Of a stretch of 19,413 nucleotides of DNA, positions 1-8,915 are shown piece after piece. The notes under the pieces were generated by a model. The model was not told the origin of the DNA. It searched no databases and saw only the letters and a program-made list of their open reading frames with translations. Made by a program: the position numbers and the translations under genes. The first letter of the stretch is position 1, and each line of letters opens with the position of its first letter. Origin of the DNA: Promethearchaeota archaeon (GTDB lineage Archaea; Asgardarchaeota; Lokiarchaeia; Sigyniarchaeales; SOKP01); contig JAFGGO010000077.1 in assembly GCA_016930515.1 (NCBI GenBank), positions 1-19,413 of the forward strand, written 5' to 3'.

Positions 1-2211
1 TGCCTTTCGTCTCTTGACATTCCAGCTCAGGAACGCGCTAAAGCCAACCACCCCAACCAGCATTACAACAATCAATCCCGGGGTTAGCGGAGCGTCAATG
101 GGAGGGAGTTCAATGACAGTAACCGTAATATCTTTCATGTCGTATAGTCCGTAACCGTCAAAAAACGCGATGCGAATTGAGTGTTGTCCCAGGGATAATT
201 TAGCAGCGTAAATGTTTATTGGCGTTCCAGGATCCCAATAATAAGCATTATGATGCCAAATGTCGAATACATCAATCCAGTAAATATACATGGCATACTC
301 GCTGCTATAAACCATATTATCAGATACCGTGCATGTAATCCAATTTGTTCCAGATATAATGGTCAATTGTTCTGGTACGCTTAACACGGGCTTGTCGTTC
401 CACTTGACGGTAACTACTTGTATTACCTCGTTACTCCAATCGCCGTCAGAGTCTTGAACTCGCAACTTCACATTGAAAGTGCCATCAACCATAAATTGAT
501 GAGATGGGTGCCATTTATTGATAATGGGCGTGCTATCCCCAAAGTCCCAAGAGTAATTGGCTATTCCATCGCCCTCACTTCCAGTATAGGTAAATTCTAT
601 TGTTTCACCCCTATAAATGTTATTTGTACTCATCTCGAAATCAGCAACGGGATAGAATTCCGCCACGGTGGTAAACGACCAAGTAGATGAGGTCGTAGAA
701 GCCATTCCATCGTTAGCTACCGCATACCAGCTATGTGTCGTGCCCTCAGATAATCTCGTCCAGGTTACTGACGCAGTTCCACCACTGGCGACGCTATAAT
801 CCGTCCTAATCAAGCTGTCATCGCTTGCATTATAGAAAGACACGTCCATTAAATCATCTTCAAAATCTGATAGTTCCACGCTCAAAGTAGTGTAATAATC
901 GTGAATCTCAGCACCGTTCCCTGGTGAAGGATTAGTTATTGAATAGGGGGCGTGGTTATATTGATTCATTAATGGATATCGATCACGATCTGATCCTATA
1001 AAATAAGGACTATCACCAATGCCGTCCCCATTTCCGTCATCACCAAAATAATCGTCCCAGTAGTTTCCATATGAACCTGTATCCCAATAATTATAAATGC
1101 CATTTGCCTCTGCGTTTCTATTGTTCTTGATGAAACTATTATAGTATATCAAGTTTTCGTTACTATAAGATAGGATAATTCCAAGCTGGGCGTTGTTATA
1201 TAGAAGATTTTTCTCAATAACATTTTCGTGAGAATAATCTAGTTTTATCCCGATTTTCTGGTTATCAAATATTTTATTTTCCGAAATGAAATTTTGATTG
1301 CTGTTATTCTGCAGGAATATTCCTGTTTGCTTATGTTCGCTGACAATATTTCTTGAAATGATATTATTGTTGCTATGATTAAAAATAAATATTCCGTCAT
1401 AATTAGATAATCTAATGATGTTTTCTGAGATAATATTATTGTTACTATGATCACGCACGGAAATCCCTTGACCAGAGGTACGAACTAGATGATTATTTGA
1501 TATAGTGTTAATATCACAATTCTTGAGAAGAACTATGCCTTGATTATTACAATAATCTAAGATATTCTCCAAAATGCTATTCTCATCGCTATCGCTATAC
1601 AGGAATATTCCGAATGTGCAGTGGTCTATTTTATTTCCCAAGAGAATATTATTATCACTGTCGTATAGTAAAATACTTATTCCATTGTATGAAACATCAT
1701 TATCAATAATTTGACCGTTTGTCACGTTTGAGAATTTTAATCCAGCAGTTTCATATTCAGGGTAAGTCTCTTTCGAGCCAGTCAATGTACAATTTTTCAC
1801 AATGAAATGAACATTCGAGTTTCTAATTTCAATACAAGATATCTCCATCCATCCCAAGTCAACCGTCAGATTTTCAATTACATAAGGATTCGCAAGCGTG
1901 CCCTCGCCGCTACACCACGGTTGAGATTCTGCCCATTCCCAATTATTGGTACTGAGGGCATCTATTATGATGGGATCTGACAGTACCCAATAATCAGATG
2001 TTATGGGATTCTCTATAATTGTAAAAGAAGCAGATTTATCGTTGGAACTAAAGCTCGTAATGATAAGGATTGTCGGTGCTAAAAAACACATAATTGCAAA
2101 AATTCCTACTAGAAGTCCTGCTTTTTTCGCAATTCCTATTGTATTATCCGATTTCTTTATATTTTTTTGTATTTTCATTGATTTTTCGCTTATTTGTTTG
2201 TTGGTAAACAT
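1..2211 (-). CDS. Cell-surface protein with NosD-like right-handed beta-helix, FN3-like, PKD and Ig-like domains and a C-terminal TM anchor (stop codon lies beyond the left edge)
   Basis: Translated by hand: open frame with no stop from ATG 2211 (alternative ATG 2178) to base 1. Features: N-terminal hydrophobic segment (GLLVGIFAIMCFLAPTILII); WAESQPWCSGEGTLANPYVIENL cap; repeated GIxLxxSxxNxIxxN strands; NosD-type GNYWDDYFGDDGNGDGIGDSPY; SWYAVANDG..WSFTT (FN3-like); PVADF..YSWDFGD..HQF..G.FNVKLRVQDSDG (PKD); ends TPGLIVVMLVGVVGFSAFLSWNVKRRKA. Confidence 0.9.
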   Translation of the reverse strand, partial: MFTNKQISEKSMKIQKNIKKSDNTIGIAKKAGLLVGIFAIMCFLAPTILIITSFSSNDKSASFTIIENPITSDYWVLSDPIIIDALSTNNWEWAESQPWCSGEGTLANPYVIENLTVDLGWMEISCIEIRNSNVHFIVKNCTLTGSKETYPEYETAGLKFSNVTNGQIIDNDVSYNGISILLYDSDNNILLGNKIDHCTFGIFLYSDSDENSILENILDYCNNQGIVLLKNCDINTISNNHLVRTSGQGISVRDHSNNNIISENIIRLSNYDGIFIFNHSNNNIISRNIVSEHKQTGIFLQNNSNQNFISENKIFDNQKIGIKLDYSHENVIEKNLLYNNAQLGIILSYSNENLIYYNSFIKNNRNAEANGIYNYWDTGSYGNYWDDYFGDDGNGDGIGDSPYFIGSDRDRYPLMNQYNHAPYSITNPSPGNGAEIHDYYTTLSVELSDFEDDLMDVSFYNASDDSLIRTDYSVASGGTASVTWTRLSEGTTHSWYAVANDGMASTTSSTWSFTTVAEFYPVADFEMSTNNIYRGETIEFTYTGSEGDGIANYSWDFGDSTPIINKWHPSHQFMVDGTFNVKLRVQDSDGDWSNEVIQVVTVKWNDKPVLSVPEQLTIISGTNWITCTVSDNMVYSSEYAMYIYWIDVFDIWHHNAYYWDPGTPINIYAAKLSLGQHSIRIAFFDGYGLYDMKDITVTVIELPPIDAPLTPGLIVVMLVGVVGFSAFLSWNVKRRKA

Positions 2212-2253
2212 TTTTTTATAAATTGTTTTATAATTAAAGGAAAATTGATTGCC

Positions 2254-2261
2254 TATATAAA
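2254..2261 (-). promoter_or_regulatory. Candidate archaeal TATA box (TTTATATA) for the beta-helix/PKD gene
   Basis: TTTATATA on the minus strand about 43 nt upstream of ATG 2211. Confidence 0.45.
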
Positions 2262-3041
2262 CCCATGGGGGTAGACACTGCAATACGAGATTCTTCGTAT
2301 TTGAAAAAAATAAAGATATGATGCGATTTTCAAAAATGGGGTTGAATATATAATAAAAGGCGTCATTCCATTCATTAAATCGAATTGAAAAGCGTTCTTG
2401 ACGCAGTAATTAGACTGATTATTTCCGATTTTTTCGTCACCCTCATTTTTTTCCTTTTTCTTTTTCCTTAAATATAATCCGTACCCCACGAATTTTGATT
2501 TAAAGAAAGCCGGGTAATCTTAATTTCACTGTGGATCTTCAGCGATACTCTTGTTTTTAAAACTATTGGTAGAGAAAGATTAGTCTCTTGCTTTTATTCT
2601 CAATTTTTTTGCATTAATTATTATTTATAATGAGAAATTAAATCGAGTAAAAGCACTCCAAAGCGAATAAATGATTCCTTTAAATACTCATAAATATTCA
2701 TGCATTCTTATTATCGTCAATTTCTGTATTTAACATGAGGAAATCAGAATTAATCTGTTTTATTCCGTTCTTACTAAATCATTACCACTAAAAAATGATA
2801 ACTTCACACATTATCTTGTAAACAATGAGAAAATGAAGGTTTAATAAGACTCAAGTATTCACTACTGCAAAAGCTACCCATATGCCTTTAATTATATCTG
2901 TATATAATTTTACTTAAGAATTTAAAAGGAAGTAAAAATCAACCAATTATTAATTCTTATCATTATGGCTTTAATCACTCACTGTGATATGGTTCATTAG
3001 TATTTAAACTAATACAAATAAAAAAATTAGATAGAAAAAAT

Positions 3042-4280
3042 ATGGCAGAATCAGGGAAATTCTTTATAGATGTATTGACGACTTTTAATAAAGTAAAAAA
3101 ATTCAAGAGGAAAACCAAGTTTTTTTCAAAAGGTTACGATATTCTCAAAAATCATAGATCTTTTTTTTGGTATAGGGATTTAGATTATGTCTCCGGGTCA
3201 AAAATCTCCTTAAACGGAAGGAAAATGATTACATTAGATAATTACGATTATCTTGGATTAGGATGCGATCAAACAATAAAAAAAGCTGTCGTAAAAGCAA
3301 TTAAAAAATATGGCTTGAGTACTGGAGGATCGCGATTACTTTCGGGTTCGACAAAAATACACGAAGATTTGGAAAAATCTTATGCTGAATTTAAGGGAAC
3401 TGAAGCAGCTGTAATTTTTAACAGTGGATATGATGCAAACATCACCACGATTTCGTCCTTATTTGGAAAAGGAGATTTAATAATACTTGATAGATTCGCT
3501 CATGCTAGTATATACGATGGAGCTAAGCTTGCAGGTTCTCAAATTAAACGCTTTGAACACAATGATGTTGAGTCTCTATCCGAGATATTAGAATCCTCTG
3601 ATGAATATGATAACACATTAGTGATTTTGGATGCAGTTTATAGCTCCACGGGAGACCTTGCGAATCTGCCTGCATTAATTAAAGTCATAAAAAAGAAAAA
3701 AGCAATTTCAATGGTAGACGAGGCCCATTGTACGGGCGTAATAGGAAAGACGGGAAGGGGGATTGACGAACATTTTGGAATGAAAACGAGCGATGTCGAC
3801 ATTTGGATGACATCGTTTGGAAAAGCAATCGGAAGTCATGGTGGGTGTATAGCGAGCAGCAAGGACATCATAACCTACTTGAAAGTGTTTGCCAGGTCCT
3901 TTATGTTTTCAGGGAGCTTACCTACAGCCATAAATGCGGGAACCATCGCCTCGTTAAATTGTATCAAAGAAGACTTTAGACGGAAAGACAGGCTATGGGA
4001 AAATGTAAGGCAGTATAAGGAGGGGCTTGAAGATCTAGGGCTTGATACAATGGGTACTGAATCCGCCATCGTTCCGATTTATACGGGACAGGAGGATATT
4101 TCGATAAAAATGGCAAAAGTATTAAATTCAGAAGGAATTTTTGTGTGCCCTTATATATATCCAGCAGTTCCTAAAAATTCATCTCGATTCAGGACTTTAA
4201 TGACAGCAAGTCATACATCAGAAGAAATAGACCGTGTAATAAAAGTATTTGAAAAAGCAATGAATAAAATTAGATTATAA
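3042..4280 (+). CDS. PLP-dependent alpha-oxoamine synthase (8-amino-7-oxononanoate synthase / KBL / serine palmitoyltransferase family)
   Basis: Motifs NYDYLGL, GSRLLSG..HEDLE, SGYDAN, HASIYDG, FEHND, DEAH, SFGKA (PLP lysine), FMFSGSLP and YPAVP..SRFR. Confidence 0.9.
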   Translation: MAESGKFFIDVLTTFNKVKKFKRKTKFFSKGYDILKNHRSFFWYRDLDYVSGSKISLNGRKMITLDNYDYLGLGCDQTIKKAVVKAIKKYGLSTGGSRLLSGSTKIHEDLEKSYAEFKGTEAAVIFNSGYDANITTISSLFGKGDLIILDRFAHASIYDGAKLAGSQIKRFEHNDVESLSEILESSDEYDNTLVILDAVYSSTGDLANLPALIKVIKKKKAISMVDEAHCTGVIGKTGRGIDEHFGMKTSDVDIWMTSFGKAIGSHGGCIASSKDIITYLKVFARSFMFSGSLPTAINAGTIASLNCIKEDFRRKDRLWENVRQYKEGLEDLGLDTMGTESAIVPIYTGQEDISIKMAKVLNSEGIFVCPYIYPAVPKNSSRFRTLMTASHTSEEIDRVIKVFEKAMNKIRL

Positions 4281-4517
4281 TTTTACTTTAATTGAATTAA
4301 GTTACCCAATAAATATTGTTCTTTTGTTTTTATATTGATTGTATTTTTTAAAATTGAAAAACAAATTGTGAAATTAAAGGTTTAGAAGAGCTTACAAATT
4401 TAAAAAATTTAAAATTTAAATATAAAATCATCGTCTGAAGAATTTAGAGAGTTAATACTAACCTCAAAATTTCGTTAAATACTATCAATTGAATAATCTG
4501 TCCTAATAATAATAAAT

Positions 4518-4982
4518 TCAAGTGGATTGTTTTTCAAGCTCTAAAAAAGTCTCTTCTAATACCTTTCTCCGTTCTATTTTGTAATTTTCCGAAGGGTTCC
4601 AATCGTCAATCTCAGAATCGTATATATCTAACACTCTCTTTTTCCAGCTTATTACCAAGGATTTTTGAGGAGGATCCAATTTAGCGATTGCACAAAGAAG
4701 CGACATGATTTTCACATTTGGCATAAATTCGGATTCCACTTCTTCTTCTTCTAAATCACCTAAAATCATTTTTTCGTTTTCGGTAAAAACATATTCAAAT
4801 AAGAACGATGCTTGGTCGTATTTTATATATGATTCTATTAAAAAATTCACGCTAGTAAATTCCCATCCTAAATCTTTCGTGCTTGTTAATTCATCGATTT
4901 TCTCTACAAGTAAATTGCCTAAGTCTAGCAAATAATCCAAGGCATAATCGTTTTCAAAAATTCCTGGACCCCATGTTCCCAT
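4518..4982 (-). CDS. DUF4259-family small acidic protein
   Basis: N-terminal signature MGTWGPGIFENDYALD matches the MG(A/T)WGxGxF(D/E)NDxAxD start of DUF4259. C-terminal part is helical with RRKVL..L. Confidence 0.7.
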   Translation of the reverse strand: MGTWGPGIFENDYALDYLLDLGNLLVEKIDELTSTKDLGWEFTSVNFLIESYIKYDQASFLFEYVFTENEKMILGDLEEEEVESEFMPNVKIMSLLCAIAKLDPPQKSLVISWKKRVLDIYDSEIDDWNPSENYKIERRKVLEETFLELEKQST

Positions 4983-5690
4983 TTAGTTCATTACTCTTTT
5001 TTTCAAGTATATCCTTTTTTAATCATTATATTAATAAACAAAAATAATACAAAAATTCTTCTAAATTATGCTATCAATGATTATATTAAGAGTTCCAAAA
5101 TATTACTAAATAATTAAAAAACTAGTTTAAGTTAGAGGAAATTATCGTTCATTTATCGTCTCAAAAGAATTGGAAAGTGATTGTTCCAATTTATTGCATT
5201 ACTTCGAAAAATAGGAGGTTTGAAACATTGATAATATCGATAAATCAAATCGAAAGGTAATGATTTCACGATTATCTCTTGGAGCACCTTAAATGGCTCG
5301 AAACGAGGGGATTTAGGAATTTTAGGATATTATAGGAGGTTAAAAGTAAACTCTAAATAAATGAAATTTTTAATAGATATAATTATCTTAATAGATCTCT
5401 TGTGTATTTGATATATTCGATTTGTTCATTATTTTTACCTTTTTTATTTCTCTAAGCGATATCATTCATATTTAAATTTTCTACTGTCATTGATTTTTAG
5501 TCAAACCAATCATGCAATGTTTATTTTTCATAAAAAAAAACATGAGTTTTTACAAAATTAATAAAATGGAATGATTATTCCCAATATCAAAAATTCGAAA
5601 TTAATAAAAGTAATAAAATATCACATGTTTTTCAAATCATCATTTAATAAAAATGTAGAATGAATTAAATTCAAACATAGGTAAAAAAAA

Positions 5691-7001
5691 ATGGTACAAC
5701 TAAATGAAGTATGGTTGGTGGATTACGCTCGAACCGCATTTTCGCGATCGAGACCTGGAGCTCCAGAACGAGATGTTTTCGGAGATTACAGGAACGAAAA
5801 TCTTCTCGGAACCTTATTAGTTAAAATGTTCGAGAGTAATCAATACCTTGGTGGCAAACCCGTTGAAAAAAAAGATGTTCAAGAATTTGGAGTTGGAACG
5901 GCAATGGGCGTCCACTCGGGTTGGACATATGGTGGTCGGTATCCGCTGTATTTTGCTGATTTTCCCGTAGAAACCTCTGCGTTTTTCATTGACAAGCAAT
6001 GCGCTTCTGCAGGAGCAGCACTCGGTTTTGTTGCCCAACAGATCATGACGGGTCAAATAGACATTGGAATGGCTACTGGAGTCGAGCACATGACGAGAAT
6101 TCCCATGAGCAACACTTGGATTGATCCTCCATGGTACATGACAGATCCAAACCATCCAGACTATAAACCAAATCTCGATTTGAGAAACGCTGCAAACATG
6201 CTTCAAACTGCCCAGAGATTATACGAAGAAGAAACACCCTATTTTACGAAAGAAATGCTCGACGCTTTTGGCAAGAGAAGCCACGATCTAACCGTTGAAA
6301 GCCACGAAGCGGGCTGGTTCAAGGGAGAAATCATTCCACTCCAAGGATACGCCGAAGGGAATCCCGAAGAAAAAATGATGATTGATAGAGATATGGCCGC
6401 AAGAAAATCGACCATGGAACAAATGGGATCCTTGAGAAGGTTATCGAAGCCATTTTTCTTCGAAAAGAACATCCGCGGAGAGAACATTGGTGGAAAAGCA
6501 GGATACGCCCAACGAGAAGGTACTGAAGAGGGAGTTATTACTGCTGGAAACTCCTCTCCGTTAAATGCTGGGGCAACAGCGTGCATGTTAATGAACGCTG
6601 AAGAAGCAAAAAAGCGAGGCATTGAACCAATGACAAGAATCGTTTCGATGGGTTGGGCAGGAGTAGACCCACGAGTCATGGGTCGAGGTCCCGTGCCAGC
6701 GTCCAAGATCGCTCTTGAAAAGGCTGGATTAAAAGCCGACGATATCGATTTCTGGGAAATTAACGAAGCCTTCTGCATCGTTGCTTTAAATTGCATGAAA
6801 GCACTTAATATTCCGGAAGAAAAAGTTAACATTCACGGTGGTGCCAGCGCAATCGGACATCCTCTTGGTTCAACAATGGTTAGACTTACAGGTACTGTCT
6901 CCAGAATTATCAAGGAGAAAAAAGCCAAATATGGACTCGCCAATGCATGCATTGGTGGAGGTCAAGGCTTAGCCATCATTGTTGAAAACATGGATGCGTA
7001 A
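5691..7001 (+). CDS. Acetyl-CoA C-acyltransferase (thiolase)
   Basis: Catalytic motifs KQCAS (Cys), GVEHM, TAGNSS, EINEAF, GHPLG (His) and CIGGGQG (Cys). Confidence 0.96.
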   Translation: MVQLNEVWLVDYARTAFSRSRPGAPERDVFGDYRNENLLGTLLVKMFESNQYLGGKPVEKKDVQEFGVGTAMGVHSGWTYGGRYPLYFADFPVETSAFFIDKQCASAGAALGFVAQQIMTGQIDIGMATGVEHMTRIPMSNTWIDPPWYMTDPNHPDYKPNLDLRNAANMLQTAQRLYEEETPYFTKEMLDAFGKRSHDLTVESHEAGWFKGEIIPLQGYAEGNPEEKMMIDRDMAARKSTMEQMGSLRRLSKPFFFEKNIRGENIGGKAGYAQREGTEEGVITAGNSSPLNAGATACMLMNAEEAKKRGIEPMTRIVSMGWAGVDPRVMGRGPVPASKIALEKAGLKADDIDFWEINEAFCIVALNCMKALNIPEEKVNIHGGASAIGHPLGSTMVRLTGTVSRIIKEKKAKYGLANACIGGGQGLAIIVENMDA

Positions 7002-7016
7002 ACTTTCAGGCATCAA

Positions 7017-7038
7017 TTTCTTTTTTTTTCTTTTCTTT
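7017..7038 (+). terminator. Oligo-T archaeal-type terminator after the thiolase gene
   Basis: TTTCTTTTTTTTTCTTTTCTTT run starting about 15 nt after the TAA at 7001. Confidence 0.6.
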
Positions 7039-7085
7039 AAATAGAACAATTATATTCAATCAATTAATTAGAGAAGAAGTAACAT

Positions 7086-7115
7086 TTCATTTTTCTACCA
7101 GATGGATTTATATTA
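7086..7115 (+). promoter_or_regulatory. Conserved upstream motif plus TATA-like box for the Imm51/DUF5713 cassette
   Basis: TTCATTTTTCTACCAGATG followed by GATTTATATT, about 50 nt before ATG 7165. A near-identical copy lies at 16609-16627 on the minus strand. Confidence 0.5.
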
Positions 7116-7164
7116 AAAATTATTTTTTGTTTCATAATACAATAAGTGGATTTTAAGAATTAAA

Positions 7165-7542
7165 ATGACAAAAGATTATCTTAACATCATAAAACACGAA
7201 GAGCATGGATCGGATGCAATATCAATGTGTTTTTACATTGAATCAACAAAAATATTAGAAATCGGAGATAAAATGAATGAAATCAATCCAATGGCTTATA
7301 TGAACGGTTATAATTGGGAAGCAATTCTTGATTATTATTTAGGATCCAATCATCCAGAACTTCTCGAGGACTTGATCCACGATCCCGAAGCGGGCATGTA
7401 TGTTGCGGTTTACGAGCCCATCAATGAGAAAAACGAGCAGAAGGCAGAAAAATTAGCCAAAATCATCGAAGATTTGATCGAAAACGAGGAAAAATTATAT
7501 GCCCTTATAAAAGAACACGGGGACGAAATCGAATGGGATTAA
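7165..7542 (+). CDS. Imm51-like polymorphic-toxin immunity protein
   Basis: 125 aa, acidic, with NGYNWE and DPEAGMY motifs resembling the Imm51 family pattern (NGYxW ... D(P/S)EAGMF). Confidence 0.7.
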   Translation: MTKDYLNIIKHEEHGSDAISMCFYIESTKILEIGDKMNEINPMAYMNGYNWEAILDYYLGSNHPELLEDLIHDPEAGMYVAVYEPINEKNEQKAEKLAKIIEDLIENEEKLYALIKEHGDEIEWD

Positions 7543-7567
7543 TCAAGAATAATATTGGTGATTAAAA

Positions 7568-7897
7568 GTGGGAAAGAAATTCGATAAAAAATATGTTTTA
7601 TTGGAAGAAATGTACAAGGTTTCTTTTTTTCCTCCACATTTGGTTGATAAGATAAAAGTTGCCATACTCAAGGTCGTTGAATTTTTAGAACAAGGGAACC
7701 ATCCATTAGAGGAAATACAAGAAAAGTTCGACGAGATGACAATTTACATTAACGACTTGCAGGAAGAATTCTGGGAAAACGACAGCGAGATTGAAACGGG
7801 CGCAAGGGAAAGCATTGGGAAAACAATCAATTACATTATAAAGTATTTTAACATCGATATCGATAGCGAAGAAGCGCTTCGAAAGCGAGATTGGTAA
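7568..7897 (+). CDS. DUF5713-like protein, copy 1
   Basis: LLEEMY..FP..LVDKIK, INDLQEEF.ENDSEIETGARESI, ends R.RDW. GTG start preceded by GGTGA at 7557-7561. Confidence 0.75.
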   Translation: MGKKFDKKYVLLEEMYKVSFFPPHLVDKIKVAILKVVEFLEQGNHPLEEIQEKFDEMTIYINDLQEEFWENDSEIETGARESIGKTINYIIKYFNIDIDSEEALRKRDW

Positions 7898-7920
7898 ATT
7901 CTTTATCAAATCTAATTAAA

Positions 7921-8010
7921 AAGTTAACCAAAATTATCGAAGATCTAGTTGAAAACGAACAATTCTTATATAAGTTAGTCAAAAACACGGAAAAAAAATT
8001 GGAATTAAAT
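7921..8010 (+). pseudogene. Degenerate duplicate of the 3' end of the Imm51-like gene
   Basis: 7921-7983 translates KLTKIIEDLVENEQFLYKLVK versus KLAKIIEDLIENEEKLYALIK at 7450-7512. It has no start codon and a 1-nt deletion before CACGG that breaks the frame. Confidence 0.75.
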
Positions 8011-8032
8011 TATAAAATAAAAGTAATTAAAT

Positions 8033-8362
8033 ATGGATAAGAAATTTGATAAAAAATATGTTTTATTGGAAGAAATGTACAAGGATCCTTACTTTCCTAA
8101 ACGCTTGGTCGATAAGGTAAAAGAAGCGATCCTCAAGGTAATAAAATATCTAGAGAAGGGTGAACATTCGTTGAAAGACGTGCAAGAGAAGTTCGACGAG
8201 ATGACGAATTACATAAACGACTTACAAGATGAATTCGAAGAGAACGGCAGCGAATTAGAAACGGGGGCGAGGGAAAGCATTTGGGAAACCATTGATTATG
8301 TTGTAAAATATTTTAACATCGATATCGATGGTGAAGAAGCGCTTCGAGAGCGCGATTGGTGA
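8033..8362 (+). CDS. DUF5713-like protein, copy 2
   Basis: 80/109 residues identical to copy 1 (hand alignment, no gaps). Carries MYKDPYFP, ELETGARESI and a terminal RERDW. Confidence 0.8.
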   Translation: MDKKFDKKYVLLEEMYKDPYFPKRLVDKVKEAILKVIKYLEKGEHSLKDVQEKFDEMTNYINDLQDEFEENGSELETGARESIWETIDYVVKYFNIDIDGEEALRERDW

Positions 8363-8422
8363 TTCTATAAATTATATTAATTTGTTATAAAATGAGACCC
8401 GAAATGCAAATGGTGATTTATC

Positions 8423-8854
8423 ATGTTTTGTAGATTCTGTGGAAGAAAATTATTTAATGAAGAAAAACAGTGTCCAAACTGCAAAAAAGCAACTCAATTA
8501 CCTAAAAGTAAACAAGTGAAATTTTATCGTTGTAAGAATTGTGAAAATGAAGTTCCCAACGATTCAATTTTTTGTGGATATTGTTCTCATAAATCATTTA
8601 AAAAACAAAAAGAGAGGGGAACTAAACCAATTTTAAAATGGAAAATAATAAATTGCTTTTTATTTGGCATGGTGGGAATTTCGCTCACTCTTTATGGATT
8701 TTTAAATTCTATTACTCTTATGGGCGGAATAGGTATCTTAATAATAATATTACCTCCCATCTTTCTTTTTGGAGGATCCGATGACGATGGAAGTGGAAGA
8801 CATGATGTTGATGGCCTTGCTGATTCTTATAGAGATTTCTATGATTTTGATTAA
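8423..8854 (+). CDS. Double zinc-ribbon membrane protein
   Basis: CRFCG..CPNC and CKNC..CGYC pairs, two hydrophobic helices and an acidic tail. GGTGA ribosome-binding site at 8412-8416. Confidence 0.8.
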   Translation: MFCRFCGRKLFNEEKQCPNCKKATQLPKSKQVKFYRCKNCENEVPNDSIFCGYCSHKSFKKQKERGTKPILKWKIINCFLFGMVGISLTLYGFLNSITLMGGIGILIIILPPIFLFGGSDDDGSGRHDVDGLADSYRDFYDFD

Positions 8855-8915
8855 TTATTTGACCCGAATTTGAAATATTCAAGATAATTCGTAAATTGAA
8901 AAGGATTTTATTAAA

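Larger units (their letters stand above)
7450..8362 (+). repeat. Tandem duplication, units about 7450-7897 and 7921-8362
   Basis: Each unit consists of the Imm51 3' end, a spacer and a DUF5713-like gene. Long identical stretches include GATAAAAAATATGTTTTATTGGAAGAAATGTACAAGG and TATTTTAACATCGATATCGAT. Confidence 0.85.

Noticed and set aside
418-2221. ORF-track entries 418-690, 1245-1454 and 2003-2221
   Set aside because: They are antisense or off-frame shadows of the real minus-strand gene <1..2211.
2253-2489. 78-aa minus-strand ORF
   Set aside because: Low-complexity poly-Lys start, no recognisable motif, and it ends on the candidate TATA box of the next gene.
3640-4100. Local GC rise inside the oxoamine synthase gene
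   Set aside because: It is partly explained by Gly/Ala-rich motifs, and mosaicism cannot be supported without orthologues.
5311-5341. Three ~10-nt TAGGA repeats
   Set aside because: Too short and degenerate, with no spacers, so not a CRISPR array. They could arise by chance in AT-rich DNA.
3875-6832. ORFs 3875-4069, 4705-4935, 5817-6206 and 6239-6832
   Set aside because: Antisense to well-supported genes.
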